Positions 1 to 10,931 of a DNA stretch of 64,000 nt are shown piece after piece. Position numbers and translations under genes: made by a program. A model generated the notes under the pieces. That model had not been told where the DNA came from. It searched no databases and saw only the letters and a program-made list of their open reading frames with translations. The stretch lies in assembly GCA_963727525.1 (NCBI GenBank), contig CAVSGO010000005.1, positions 672,001 through 736,000 on the forward strand, read 5' to 3'. The stretch is from an uncultured bacterium. GTDB taxonomy: Bacteria > Krumholzibacteriota > Krumholzibacteriia > LZORAL124-64-63. Each line of letters starts with the position of its first letter. Position 1 is the first letter of the stretch.

Positions 1-20
1 TTACGCGCAACCAGTGAGTT

Positions 21-40
21 GTGCCAAGAAGAATGTTGAC
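21..40. repeat. Terminal inverted repeat of the IS (downstream of transposase)
   Basis: Its reverse complement GTCAACATTCTTCTTGGCAC matches 1224-1243 at 18/20 positions. Confidence 0.75.
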
Positions 41-84
41 GAGGCTTCGCACCGCCATCTCGCCCGCTAGGCCCGACTTTCTCA

Positions 85-1194
85 CTACGCGGCGTACGTC
101 AGCTTGTGCCTCCGGTTCACCTTCAATGGCCGCGTCTCGACCCGTCGCCAGTAGTAGTCATCCCACAACGGCGGCAACTCGATATGCGACACGAACAGCC
201 GCCGCGACAACACCTCCTCCTCGGTCAGGGGCTTCGTGGCGATCCCGATCTGCATCGCCGGCGTGCTCCAGCACCGCTTCTCCCGACGCAACTTGATCGT
301 GTTGCGCCACACCAGGAAGATCGCCAGCCGGTAGATCGAATGCTGCCGTCGCTTCCCGAACGCGATCGTCTCCCGCGTGTGGTCTTTCAGACAATGCCGC
401 AGCAACATGTCCAGCAAGTTGACCTCGAACAACGGGTTGCGACTCGTCCGCGGCTGACGGGAGTCGATCGTCTCGTGGATCACCTTGCAATACCGTAGCT
501 TCGCGATCGCGTAGGGATAGGTCTTGTGCTTGTCGCTCCAGATGTGGGCCTCGGTGGCGCCGTCGAGCGAGACCGAGAGCACCTCGAGCAGCGCCCGCAT
601 CAACGACCTGGGGTCCGGCCGGCCATAGTTTTGTTCAAAGAGGGACCGTTTCCATTTCTGCTCGTCGGTCATCGCCCCGCTGCGTCGTCGCTCGGCCTCG
701 GCGAAGTGGATGATGAAGCTGGAGGGGCGATCGACGGCCGCGACGATCTCGTAGGGGAAATACTGGGAGTGCTCGAAGGTGACGAGCCCGTCGATGGCGA
801 TGTCCACGAAGGGTGACGCCTGGGACACCAGGTGTCGATGGAAGAGGATGCAGTGTCGGCCGAGGCGGGAGAGGAGGTTGTCGACGGTCGTCGGCGAGGT
901 GTCGAGGAGCCTGGCGATCTGGCGATTGGCGGCGCCTGAGACGGCGTGCTTGTGGACCTTGGGCAGGAGATCGGCGCGTTTGAGCCAGTATGTGGTGCGG
1001 AAGGTCTGGTCTGAGCAGGTTCTGCCGCAGGCCAGGCAGAGGTAGCGTTGGACGGTGTAGGGCGGGGATTTTCGGGAGAAGGTGCCGAAGAGCGCGAAGG
1101 GCCAGGGTTGCGGCTGAGGCTTGTGGTATTTGCAGTTAGGGTTGGGGCAGTGGGGAGGAAGCGTAGGGCATGAAGTGAGTGTTTTGATGTTCAT
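85..1194 (-). CDS. IS1-family-like DDE transposase (zinc ribbon + HTH + catalytic domain)
   Basis: CPNPNC...QRYLCLACGR zinc ribbon, HTH (RQIARLLDTSPTTV), acidic motifs IDG and WSD..TY, C-terminal TPAMQIG motif; ATG at 1194 chosen as start. Confidence 0.75.
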   Translation of the reverse strand: MNIKTLTSCPTLPPHCPNPNCKYHKPQPQPWPFALFGTFSRKSPPYTVQRYLCLACGRTCSDQTFRTTYWLKRADLLPKVHKHAVSGAANRQIARLLDTSPTTVDNLLSRLGRHCILFHRHLVSQASPFVDIAIDGLVTFEHSQYFPYEIVAAVDRPSSFIIHFAEAERRRSGAMTDEQKWKRSLFEQNYGRPDPRSLMRALLEVLSVSLDGATEAHIWSDKHKTYPYAIAKLRYCKVIHETIDSRQPRTSRNPLFEVNLLDMLLRHCLKDHTRETIAFGKRRQHSIYRLAIFLVWRNTIKLRREKRCWSTPAMQIGIATKPLTEEEVLSRRLFVSHIELPPLWDDYYWRRVETRPLKVNRRHKLTYAA

Positions 1195-1223
1195 GAGGAC
1201 GGGTCCAGGCAAGCGCTGGACCC

Positions 1224-1243
1224 GCCAACATTCTTCGTGGCAC
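1224..1243. repeat. Terminal inverted repeat of the IS (upstream of transposase)
   Basis: Partner of 21-40. Confidence 0.75.
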
Positions 1244-1244
1244 G

Positions 1245-2471
1245 TTAGTCGGGATACCGCGCGCGGATCTCTTGCAGCTCTGCATCGCGATCGAGGAAGA
1301 TCTCCGTGAGCAAGGGATCGAACTGCTGGCCCGCCTGCTTGCGCATATAAGCCACGGCGGTGTCATGATCCCAGGCCTCCTTGTAGACGCGCCTGCTGGT
1401 GAGGGCGTCGTACACGTCGGCCAGTGCCACGATACGCGCTGCCAGGGGAATGGCGTCACCGGCCACGCGATTCGGATAGCCGTTGCCGTCCCAGTACTCG
1501 TGGTGTCCGATGGCCACGGCGACACCCATCTCCAGCATCGCGAAGGCGCCGTGAGTGTCCATGAGGTCCACCAGCACGCGGGCGCCGAGGGAGGAATGCG
1601 TGCGCATGACCACGAATTCATCATCGGTAAGGCGGCCGGGTTTCAGCAGGATGCGGTCGGGAATGCCCACCTTGCCGATGTCGTGCAGGGCCGCGGCGCG
1701 CGTGATCGTCTCCACGAATTCGTCATCCACGGAGACGGGCACGCTCGCGCGGTCGCGCAGGCGCTCGGCAAGTCTGCGCGAGAGCGCGCAGATACGATCC
1801 AGGTGGCCCCCGATGTCGCCGTCGCGCGCCTCCGCAAGGATGGCCATGCCACGGATCACGGCGTCGCGACTCGTGCGAAGCTGCCGCACGAGACGGATGT
1901 TCTCGAGCATGTAGGTCATCTGATCGACGAGCATGCCGCTCAGGTCGATATCGCCCGGCGCGAAGCTTTCCGGCTCCCGGTTGCCGAACACGAATACGCC
2001 CACCGGCCCCTGCGCCGCGATGATCGGAAACACGAGCAAGCTGCGCAGGGACGAATCCAGGGCCACGGCTTCGTGCGCCGACGCCGTGTCGGGCACGTGG
2101 ACCAGATACTCCTCGACGAAGGCCTGGACGGTGCAGCGGCCCACGTCGTCGAGCGAGATCGATCGCGTCCCGTCGCCCGGCTCGTAACCGGCGACGCCCC
2201 GCAACTCGAGATGTTGGGAGTCTTGCGCCACGAGATAGAGCGCGCAGGCGTCGCAACCGAGCACGCGCCACATGCCCTTGACCATCTCCTCGAAGGCCGG
2301 CGCATGGTCGGTCATCACCACGAGCCGCGTGCTCAGCGAGCTGAGGGCACGCAGCCGCTGGGAGAAGCGGACGAGGTCCGACGCGCCGTCCGGCCGCACG
2401 ACCGTGTCGAAGCGGGTCGGATCGTCGCCGGCCATGCCGACGGGACGCTGGCTGGGAAGCAGGACGTCCAA
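1245..2471 (-). CDS. GAF domain + HD-GYP cyclic-di-GMP phosphodiesterase
   Basis: GAF-like N-half (ALYLV, SLLVFPI, VGVFVFGN); ALHDIGK and HHEYWDGNGYP motifs, ADVYDALTSRRVYK; start at TTG 2471 after GGAGGA (alternative ATG 2435). Confidence 0.9.
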   Translation of the reverse strand: MDVLLPSQRPVGMAGDDPTRFDTVVRPDGASDLVRFSQRLRALSSLSTRLVVMTDHAPAFEEMVKGMWRVLGCDACALYLVAQDSQHLELRGVAGYEPGDGTRSISLDDVGRCTVQAFVEEYLVHVPDTASAHEAVALDSSLRSLLVFPIIAAQGPVGVFVFGNREPESFAPGDIDLSGMLVDQMTYMLENIRLVRQLRTSRDAVIRGMAILAEARDGDIGGHLDRICALSRRLAERLRDRASVPVSVDDEFVETITRAAALHDIGKVGIPDRILLKPGRLTDDEFVVMRTHSSLGARVLVDLMDTHGAFAMLEMGVAVAIGHHEYWDGNGYPNRVAGDAIPLAARIVALADVYDALTSRRVYKEAWDHDTAVAYMRKQAGQQFDPLLTEIFLDRDAELQEIRARYPD

Positions 2472-2513
2472 GAGCACTCCTCCGTGACGGATCCACTGGC
2501 CTGGGCACGACGA

Positions 2514-2540
2514 AGGCCCAGGACGGGGGGTCCTGGGCCT
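2514..2540 (-). terminator. Perfect 11-bp hairpin after ispG, possible terminator
   Basis: AGGCCCAGGAC-N5-GTCCTGGGCCT; weak U tract. Confidence 0.45.
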
Positions 2541-2590
2541 AGCATCGACCGATCGGCAGAGAACTGTAGAAACCCTTCGGGACAATGGGG

Positions 2591-3691
2591 CTAGCGCAGG
2601 CGCGCGATCTCCTCCAGAAGCACCTTTTCCAGGTCCTCCTTCTCGATATTGCGGTGCAGCTCGCCGTCGCGGTAGATCGCCACCTTCGACTTGCCGGCGG
2701 CGATTCCCAGATCGGCGGACTTGGCCTCCCCCGGCCCGTTGACGATGCAGCCCATGACCGAGATGATCTTGTCGGCCGGCAGGTCCTTGGCCAGCTCCTC
2801 CACCCTGGCCGCCAGGCTCATCACGTCCACCTCCACCCGGCCGCAGGTGGGGCAGGCCACCACTCGGGCGTAGCCCTCGCGCAGGCCGAGGGCCTGCAGC
2901 ATGTGGAAGGCCGCGTTCACTTCCTCCACGGGGTCGTCGGCGAGGCTGATGCGCACCGTGTCGCCGATGCCTTCGCTCAGCAGCACCGACATGGCGGCCA
3001 CCGAGCGCGCGGTGCCCGCCAGCAGCGTGCCCGCCTCGGTCACGCCGAGGTGCTGCGGCACGTCGCATACCTCGTCGAAACGCCGGCAGGCCTCGACCAT
3101 CTCCCACGGTTCGCTGCTCTTGAGGCTGACCACGACATCATCGAAGCCCACCGCCGCGAGCACCTCCAGCTCGTCGAGCGCGCACTGAACCAGGGCGCCG
3201 GCCGGATCGATCATGCGCAGATCGCGGTAGCGCCTGTGCAGGCTGCCGCGATTCACGCCGACGCGGATGGGCATGCCCTGGTCCTTTGCCGCGCGCGCGA
3301 CCTCCTTCACGTGGTCCAGCGAGCCGATGTTGCCCGGATTGATGCGCAGCTTGGCCACGCCCGCCGCCGCAGCGGCCAGGGCCATCTTGTGGTCGAAATG
3401 GATGTCGGCCACGATGGGCACGTTCGCCTCGGCCACGATGCGCGGCAAGGCGGCGGCGGCCGCGTCGTCGTTCACGGTGACGCGCACGATGTCGCCGCCG
3501 GCCGTGGCCAGCTCGCGGATCTGCTGCAGGGTGGCCTCGGCGTCGCCGGTTTCGTGGTGAGTCATCGACTGCACGCGCACGGGCGCGTCGCCGCCTATGG
3601 TCAGGCTGCCGACCTGCACGGCGCGCGTCTGGCGACGCGGCGCGCAGGTGGGGCGACGGGTTCCGGTCTCGCGCGGGGTGATCTCGCTCAT
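2591..3691 (-). CDS. ispG: 4-hydroxy-3-methylbut-2-en-1-yl diphosphate synthase (IspG/GcpE)
   Basis: VRVQSMT, PIVADIHFDH, LRINPGNIG, HLGVTEAG, ACPTCGR, MGCIVNGPGEA motifs; ATG at 3691 overlaps the selB stop. Confidence 0.95.
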   Translation of the reverse strand: MSEITPRETGTRRPTCAPRRQTRAVQVGSLTIGGDAPVRVQSMTHHETGDAEATLQQIRELATAGGDIVRVTVNDDAAAAALPRIVAEANVPIVADIHFDHKMALAAAAAGVAKLRINPGNIGSLDHVKEVARAAKDQGMPIRVGVNRGSLHRRYRDLRMIDPAGALVQCALDELEVLAAVGFDDVVVSLKSSEPWEMVEACRRFDEVCDVPQHLGVTEAGTLLAGTARSVAAMSVLLSEGIGDTVRISLADDPVEEVNAAFHMLQALGLREGYARVVACPTCGRVEVDVMSLAARVEELAKDLPADKIISVMGCIVNGPGEAKSADLGIAAGKSKVAIYRDGELHRNIEKEDLEKVLLEEIARLR

Positions 3692-5599
3692 GATGTTCCG
3701 TTGTCCTCCAGCAAGGGTCCGGGCCGCCGGAGGTCGCCGTCGCGTACCGTGTATCCAGCCTGGTCCAGGAACTCCAGCATGGGTATGCCCAGCTTGCGGG
3801 TGAGGCCGCTCGCCTCGCGGAAAGTCGCGAAGTTCAGCCCGCCGTCCGCCGCGAAGATGCGCCGCACCGCGGCCACGATCTCGGCCAGCGCACGGTATGC
3901 ACATAGTAGTCGTGTTACCGCGATCTGGACGGCACGGCCATGGTCCGCGAGCCAGCGGAGGATCTCCTCGTCCTTCTGATCCGCGGGCCGGACGCCCCCC
4001 CCGCGGCCGCCTCGGTGAAGGCAGCCAGACCCGGCCATTGCGGCCCGTACCCGCGCAGAATCGCCTCCCGCGCTTCGACCGCGGCTGCCAGGGCCGGCGC
4101 AAGCGGCGGCCCCTCCGGCCCGAGGGCGAGCCGATCACCCACGAGGGCCCAGCTGGCCAGCGGGGCCATCGCCTGGCAGAGGGCGGTCCACTCGGGCGCG
4201 GCGCCGCCGAACTGGCGCGCCGGCGCGCCTCCTCGCGGGGCAACCCCAGGCGCATCGGGAAGCGTCGGGCATAGTCCTGCACGTACCGGTCGATCGTGTC
4301 TGCCAGCTCCTGCAACCGTGCTTTCGCGTAAATGCGCTTGCCCACGCGCACAGCCGTCTCGTCGTCGGCGAACTCGCCGGCGTCGTCCTGGGCGAGGCCG
4401 GCCAGCCCCACCGCCTGGAGCTGCTGCCGGAAGATATCGCGCGGATCGCCTACCTCCAGGATGTCGAGGCGCTCGAGCGCGTCATCGTCGAAGCGGCGGT
4501 GCCGGCGCGGATTCACGTCGACGACGGTCCACCGGCGATCGACGTCACCGGGGAGTAGAAGCGCAGCACCAGGCGGTCGTCCGCGCTTCGCCACGATCGC
4601 ATCCTCGAGATGGAGCTGGCACAGGCCGCTGCGCGGTCCCTGCTCGCCGCCCAGCTCCTCGTGATCCAGTAGCACGATGCGCCCGAGCACCTCGCGGCCG
4701 GCATGGTGCACGTGCAGGCGCTGACGGTTCTTGATGCTGCCGCGGTAGTGCGCGAACAGGTTGACGCGCAGGTCGATCCGCCGCGTCACCACAGCGCTGC
4801 CCGGCACGAGCACCTGGTAGCCGCGCTGCAGTTCCTCCTTCTTCACGCCGTGCAGTGCCAGCGCCAGCCGCTGGCCGGCGCGGCCGACCTCGGCGTGCCG
4901 GCCATGCACCTGGACCTCGCGGATCCGCACCTTCGCACCCGTCGGTTCCACCACGAGCTGGTCGCCGGTGCGCACCTCGCCGCTCCACGCCGTGCCGGTG
5001 ACGATGGCTCCGGCCCCAGGCATCGAGAAGACACGGTCCAGCGGCAGGCGAAACGCCTCGTCCGCGCCGCGAGGCGCGAGGGCCTCGGCCTCGGCACGCA
5101 GAGCCGCCTTAAGGTCTTCCAGGCCGATCCGTTTGTGCGCCGACACCGGTACGACGGGCCGTCCCTCCAGGAACGTGCCCGCCACGAGGTCGCGCGCCTC
5201 CTCCATGGCCAGCTCGCGCATCTCCTCGTCGACCAGGTCGATCTTGGCGATCACGACTACGCCCCCGCGCACGCCGAGGGTGTCGAGGATCTCCAGGTGC
5301 TCGATCGTCTGGGGCATCACGCCCTCGTCGGCCGCCACCAGCAGGAACGCGAGGTCGACGCCGCCCGCGCCCGCGACCATCTGCTTCACGAAGCGTTCGT
5401 GACCGGGCATGTCCACCACGCCCAGCATGATGCCGTCGCCGAGATCGAGCTCGGCGAAGCCCAGCTCTATGCAGATGCCGCGTTCCTGCTCTTCCTTGAG
5501 GCGATCGGTGTTGGTGCCGGTGAGCGCGGTGATGAGCGCGGTCTTGCCGTGGTCGACATGACCGGCCGCACCCAGGATGAAGTGGCGGATGGGATCCAT
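3688..5599 (-). CDS. selB: Selenocysteine-specific elongation factor SelB (several frameshifts in the 3' half as assembled)
   Basis: GHVDHGKT, DRLKEEQERGICIELGFA, DMPGHERF, PQTIEHL; SelB C-terminal winged helix (GLTRKLGIPMLEFLDQAGYTVRDGDLR) is in another frame ending at 3688; intervening fragments lie in other frames. Confidence 0.9.
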
Positions 5600-5611
5600 C
5601 GGACTCCTCGC

Positions 5612-6868
5612 TCAGGTCGACTCGCGCCGGATACGGGCCCCCAGCGCGGCAAGCTTGGCCTCGATGCGTTCGTAGCCGCGATCGATGTGGTACACACGAT
5701 TGACCTGGGTCTCCCCCTCGGACGCCACGCCGGCGAGCACCAGCGCGGCGCTGGCACGCAGGTCGGTGGCCATCACCGGCGCGCCCTGCAGGGACGCCAC
5801 ACCGAAGACCGTGGCCGTGGCGCCGCTCAGCCGGATATCGGCCCCGAGGCGGCGCAGCTCCGCGACGTGCGTGAATCGGTCGGTGTAGATCGTCTCCGTA
5901 ACGAAGCTCACGCCTTCGGCCAGCGACGCCACCGCCATGATCTGCGCCTGCATGTCGGTGGCGAATCCCGGATAGGGGCCCGTCTGCACCTCCACCGGTC
6001 GCAGGGGTCCGTCACGCTCGATCGTCACCTCGTCGTCCGCCACCGCGATGCCACACCCCATGTCACGCAGCACCTCGATGACGGCACCGAGATGGGAGGG
6101 ATCGCAGCCTCGCAGCCGCGCGCGCCCGCCCGCCAGGGCGACTGCGGTCAGGAACGTACCCGCCTCGATGCGATCGGCGATCACCCGGTGGCGTAGCGGC
6201 GCCAGCTCCGGAACACCGGTGACCACGAGCGTGCGCGTGCCCAGGCCCTCGATGCACGCGCCGGCCTGCAGCAGGGCCGCGCCGAGCTGGGTGACCTCGG
6301 GCTCGAGCGCGCAGTTGTCCAGCTCGGTGACACCGTCGGCGAGTACGGCGGCCATGAGCACGTTGCACGTGGCGCCCACCGACACGGGCTCGAATCGGAA
6401 GCGACCGCCGCGCAGTCGACCCCGGCTTCGCGCGTGGACATACCCGGCCTCCAGATCCAGCTCGGCTCCCAGCGCCGCCATGCCGTCACCGTGCAGATTC
6501 ACCGGGCGCGGGCCCCAGGCGCAGCCGCCAGGCAGGGACACGCGTGCTTCACCTCGCGCCGCGAGGAGAGGTCCGAGCACGTAGATGCTCGCGCGCATCT
6601 TGCGCACGATGTCGTACGGGGCCTCCGTGGCCAGCGGACCGCTCGTATCGATGCGCAGGAAGTCGTCCCGCCGCTCGCAGCGCGCACCGAGGTGCTCGAG
6701 GAGTTGCATGAACGACACGACGTCCCGCAGATCGGGAACGTTCGCGATCTCGCTCACGCCGCGGGCGAGCAGGGCCGCAGCCATGAGCGGCAACACGGCG
6801 TTCTTGGCGCCGGCAATGGGCACGTCGCCCTCGAGCCGCGTGGGGCCTTCGATCACGAAACGGTCCAT
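5612..6868 (-). CDS. murA: UDP-N-acetylglucosamine 1-carboxyvinyltransferase
   Basis: GAKNAVLP, KMRASIYVLGPL, LPGGCAWGPRP (active-site Cys), PYPGFATDMQAQ, TDLRASAAL, HIDRGYE. Confidence 0.97.
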   Translation of the reverse strand: MDRFVIEGPTRLEGDVPIAGAKNAVLPLMAAALLARGVSEIANVPDLRDVVSFMQLLEHLGARCERRDDFLRIDTSGPLATEAPYDIVRKMRASIYVLGPLLAARGEARVSLPGGCAWGPRPVNLHGDGMAALGAELDLEAGYVHARSRGRLRGGRFRFEPVSVGATCNVLMAAVLADGVTELDNCALEPEVTQLGAALLQAGACIEGLGTRTLVVTGVPELAPLRHRVIADRIEAGTFLTAVALAGGRARLRGCDPSHLGAVIEVLRDMGCGIAVADDEVTIERDGPLRPVEVQTGPYPGFATDMQAQIMAVASLAEGVSFVTETIYTDRFTHVAELRRLGADIRLSGATATVFGVASLQGAPVMATDLRASAALVLAGVASEGETQVNRVYHIDRGYERIEAKLAALGARIRREST

Positions 6869-7015
6869 CACCGCCCTTTCCTCCGAGTGGGGATCGTCGT
6901 GGCCGGGAGATCATGATGGCATCGAATGGCGGCGGGGTCAAACGAGGGGCGCCGGAGGTGTGGGAGATGCTGGGCGGGGAGGCGCGGAGCCACCCCGCCC
7001 AGCCGGTCGGCGGGA

Positions 7016-7675
7016 TCACTTCACGCGCGTGTAGTGCATCTCCATCCACTTCACCTCGTCGCCGGTCGGCCCCGGGCCGTACATCTCGAAGACGTGCTCG
7101 TCGTCGCTGATGAACCGCGACACCATACGAGCTTTCATCGTCATCTTCGTGGCCGCGTCGACGAAGTCGCCAGTGCAGACGAGTTCCTTCTTCTGAGCGT
7201 CGTAGTCGCCCTCATAATTCATCAGGCCGGTGCCCATGGAGTCGCACCAGTTGCCCACGTACTTGCCTGTCACGTTGTCGTACCCGAGCAAGCCCATGCC
7301 CTCGAAAGGCCCCATCATGCCCTCGCCCTTGGTGTTCGACTGAAGGAAACGCCCGCCGAGAATCATCTTCGCCGTTTCGGAACCCTCGGAGACCACGGGC
7401 TCGCCCGACGGGTCCATCCACGACTTCATGGTGACCTTCCATGAGCCGGCGCTCTTGGCGAGCATCGCATGCTCGGATCCTGGCTTTGCGGCTTCCATGT
7501 AGACCTTCATCATATCAGCTTCGTTCCCACCTGCACCCGGATGCTCTGCTCCGGCGCCGGGATGCTCTTTGCTGGCACTCGGATGCTCGTCGGCCAAGAC
7601 AGAGCCGGCACCGAGCAGCACGACGAGCGCGACGAGGCTCATGGCGAGCCCCCAGTGCGGACGACGGTGATGCAT
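7016..7675 (-). CDS. Exported DUF1579-family protein with N-terminal EHP repeats
   Basis: Signal peptide; AGSWKV...ILGGRFL...FEGMGLLGYDN..KYVGNWCDSMGTG pattern typical of DUF1579. Confidence 0.8.
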   Translation of the reverse strand: MHHRRPHWGLAMSLVALVVLLGAGSVLADEHPSASKEHPGAGAEHPGAGGNEADMMKVYMEAAKPGSEHAMLAKSAGSWKVTMKSWMDPSGEPVVSEGSETAKMILGGRFLQSNTKGEGMMGPFEGMGLLGYDNVTGKYVGNWCDSMGTGLMNYEGDYDAQKKELVCTGDFVDAATKMTMKARMVSRFISDDEHVFEMYGPGPTGDEVKWMEMHYTRVK

Positions 7676-7782
7676 GATCGCTCCTGATCGCTGAGGTTCC
7701 AGGGGCCGGATATTCCGGCCACCCACGAAAACAAGACGAACATCCTACTCTATTTCGGCGCCGGTGCCAAGCGAAAACGATC

Positions 7783-8682
7783 TCACCCCGGAGACGGCGA
7801 CCCGGCCAGACGACCGACCACGACGCGGTTCAAATCGTTGTAATCATGGAATATAGAAACATTTTCCAGATGCGACGCCTCGAGGATCGATGGCACCGCC
7901 TCGCCCTGGTCGGCGCCGATCTCAAGGGCCATCTGCCCCCCGGGACGCAGCCAGCGCGCGGCCGCGCCGGCCAGCGCGTGGTAGAAGTCGAGTCCGTCGG
8001 GGCCGCCGTCCAGGGCTTCGCGTGGATCGCGCTGCACCTCCGCGGGCAGCGCCACGAGTTCGTCCCGACGCACGTAGGGAGGATTGCTCACGATCAGGTC
8101 GACGGAACCGCGCAGGTGGTCCGGCAGGGGATCGAAACGGCTCCCGCTCAGGACATGCACCCGCCCATCCACGCCGTGCCGGTGGGCGTTGGTCCGCGTC
8201 AGCTCCACGGCGCGCGGATTGATGTCGGTGGCCCACACCTCGAGACGCGGCACCTCCGCCGCCAGGCTCACGGCGATGACACCGCTGCCGCAACCGATCT
8301 CCACCGCCACCGGCGCCAGAAGGCGATGGTCCGGCGGGTTGAGGAGAGCGAGCGCGTGCTCCACCAGCCGCTCGGTCTCCGGTCGCGGCACGAAGACGCC
8401 CGATTCTACCTTGAAATCACGCCCATAGAAGCCCCAGGTACCCAGGATGTGCTGCAGCGGCTCGCCGCCGGCGCGCCGGCGCACCACGTCGCGGTAGCGG
8501 TCGAGCTCGTCGATTGTGAGGGGACGGTCGTGTTGCAGATAGAGTTCGAGGCGAGAGATGCCGAGGACATCGCCGAGCAGCCGTTCGGCGTTCAGACGTG
8601 CCGACTCCACGTCCTTGCGGACCAGGTAGTCGGCCGTGACCTGGATCAGCTCACGCACGGTCTTGACGGGGGCGGGTACCAC
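7783..8682 (-). CDS. prmC: Release factor glutamine methyltransferase PrmC/HemK
   Basis: EPLQHILG, VPRPETE, EIGCGSG, VSNPPY, ALDGGPDGL; directly downstream of prfA. Confidence 0.95.
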   Translation of the reverse strand: MVPAPVKTVRELIQVTADYLVRKDVESARLNAERLLGDVLGISRLELYLQHDRPLTIDELDRYRDVVRRRAGGEPLQHILGTWGFYGRDFKVESGVFVPRPETERLVEHALALLNPPDHRLLAPVAVEIGCGSGVIAVSLAAEVPRLEVWATDINPRAVELTRTNAHRHGVDGRVHVLSGSRFDPLPDHLRGSVDLIVSNPPYVRRDELVALPAEVQRDPREALDGGPDGLDFYHALAGAAARWLRPGGQMALEIGADQGEAVPSILEASHLENVSIFHDYNDLNRVVVGRLAGSPSPG

Positions 8683-8684
8683 GC

Positions 8685-9757
<1,073 letters not shown>

Positions 9758-9761
<4 letters not shown>

Positions 9762-10783
9762 GCGTCACCGCCCTCGCCCCCGACCACCACCGAGGCCTCG
9801 CGTGCGGTCGCCGTGGCCGGCAGATCGAAATAGGTGCGGGCCGTGAAGGTGTCGGCTTCAGGTGTGAGCACGGCGCGCAGCGCCGCCATGGCGACCTCGA
9901 GCTGGCTGTCGTCGGGCTCGTTCGTCGTGATGTGCTGCATCATCAGCCCCGGCCAGATGAAGGGCTTCAGCCACCAGGCCTTGCAGAACTTGCCCGAGAG
10001 CTTGATCGCCTCGTACGCCAGGCCGCCGATCAGCGGCACGTATGCCAGGCGGATCAGCCTGTCCCCCACGGTCTCCGGCTTGCCCAGGAACACGAATACG
10101 ACGATGGAGATGAGCATCACGAAGAACAGGAAGCTGGTGCCGCACCGCGGGTGCAGGGTGGTGAACGGCCGCGCGCCGTTCGCATCGAGGGTGCGTCCGT
10201 TCTCGAAGGCATGGATCGACTTGTGCTCAGCGCCGTGGTACTCGAATACGCGTCCCATGTCCTTGAGCTTGCTCACCAGCAGCAGGTACGCGACGAACAT
10301 CGCCACACGGATCAGTCCGTCGACGATGTTGAACCACACACTGCCCTCCACGCCCAGCCAGTGGGTGAGCATGAGCGGCAGGTAGAAGAACAGTCCCAGG
10401 CTCAGGGCGAAGGCCACGACGATCGTCGTCCACATCATGAGCGTCTCGGTGAATCTGGGCTTGGCCTGCACGCGGTCCTCGCTCGTGGCCTGGTCGGCGG
10501 CGAACATCAGGGCATCGATCCCCAGTCCGATGGTCTCGATCAAGTGGACACCGCCCCGCAGCACCGGGATGTTCAACCACGGCAAGCGACGGATCACGCT
10601 GCGGAAGGGCTTCTTGCGCACGACGATGCGGTCATCGGGCGTCCGCACGGCAATCGCCACGGAGGTAGGACTGCGCATCATGACGCCCTCGATCACGGCC
10701 TGGCCACCCACGGCAAGGTCGAGCTTACGGGCCTCCTCGACGCCGGGCTGCCCGGGCGATGTGCTTGCAGCCTGCTCGTTCAT
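9758..10783 (-). CDS. DUF1385 domain membrane protein
   Basis: [34 protein letters not shown]; usual rpmE-DUF1385-prfA context. Confidence 0.92.
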
Positions 10784-10842
10784 GGTTCTCCGTCCTTGAT
10801 TCCCGGGCCGTCAGCGCCCACGCGGAGCGCCCGGTGCGTCGG

Positions 10843-10884
10843 GAACGAAAACGAGGGTGCCAGGCCCACGGCCTGGCACCCTCG
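10843..10884 (-). terminator. Intrinsic terminator downstream of rpmE
   Basis: 14-bp perfect stem CGAGGGTGCCAGGC/GCCTGGCACCCTCG followed by a U-rich tract on the minus strand. Confidence 0.75.
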
Positions 10885-10931
10885 GCATGCACTCGGCAAA
10901 GGCGGGTGAGATCCCGCCCCACGCGGGCGGC

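Larger units (their letters stand above)
21..1243 (-). mobile_element. Insertion sequence, IS1-like with a single transposase ORF, ~1223 bp
   Basis: Transposase ORF bounded by imperfect 20-bp inverted repeats GTGCCAAGAAGAATGTTGAC (21-40) and GCCAACATTCTTCGTGGCAC (1224-1243), 18/20 match; GTT flanks both ends (18-20, 1244-1246). Confidence 0.75.

Noticed and set aside
2542-2568. Sigma28-like promoter (TACA-N15-GTCGATGC) upstream of the HD-GYP gene
   Set aside because: Only a partial match to TAAA-N15-GCCGATAA, and there is no flagellar context in the window.
1245-3107. 620-aa version of the HD-GYP ORF
   Set aside because: The first ~210 aa overlap ispG in another frame and are low-complexity; the real start is near 2435-2471.
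2591-5599. 1002-aa ORF that looks like a SelB-IspG fusion
   Set aside because: The middle is out-of-frame junk. The true SelB C-terminus ends at 3688 in another frame and ispG has its own ATG at 3691; compensating frameshifts create the fusion.
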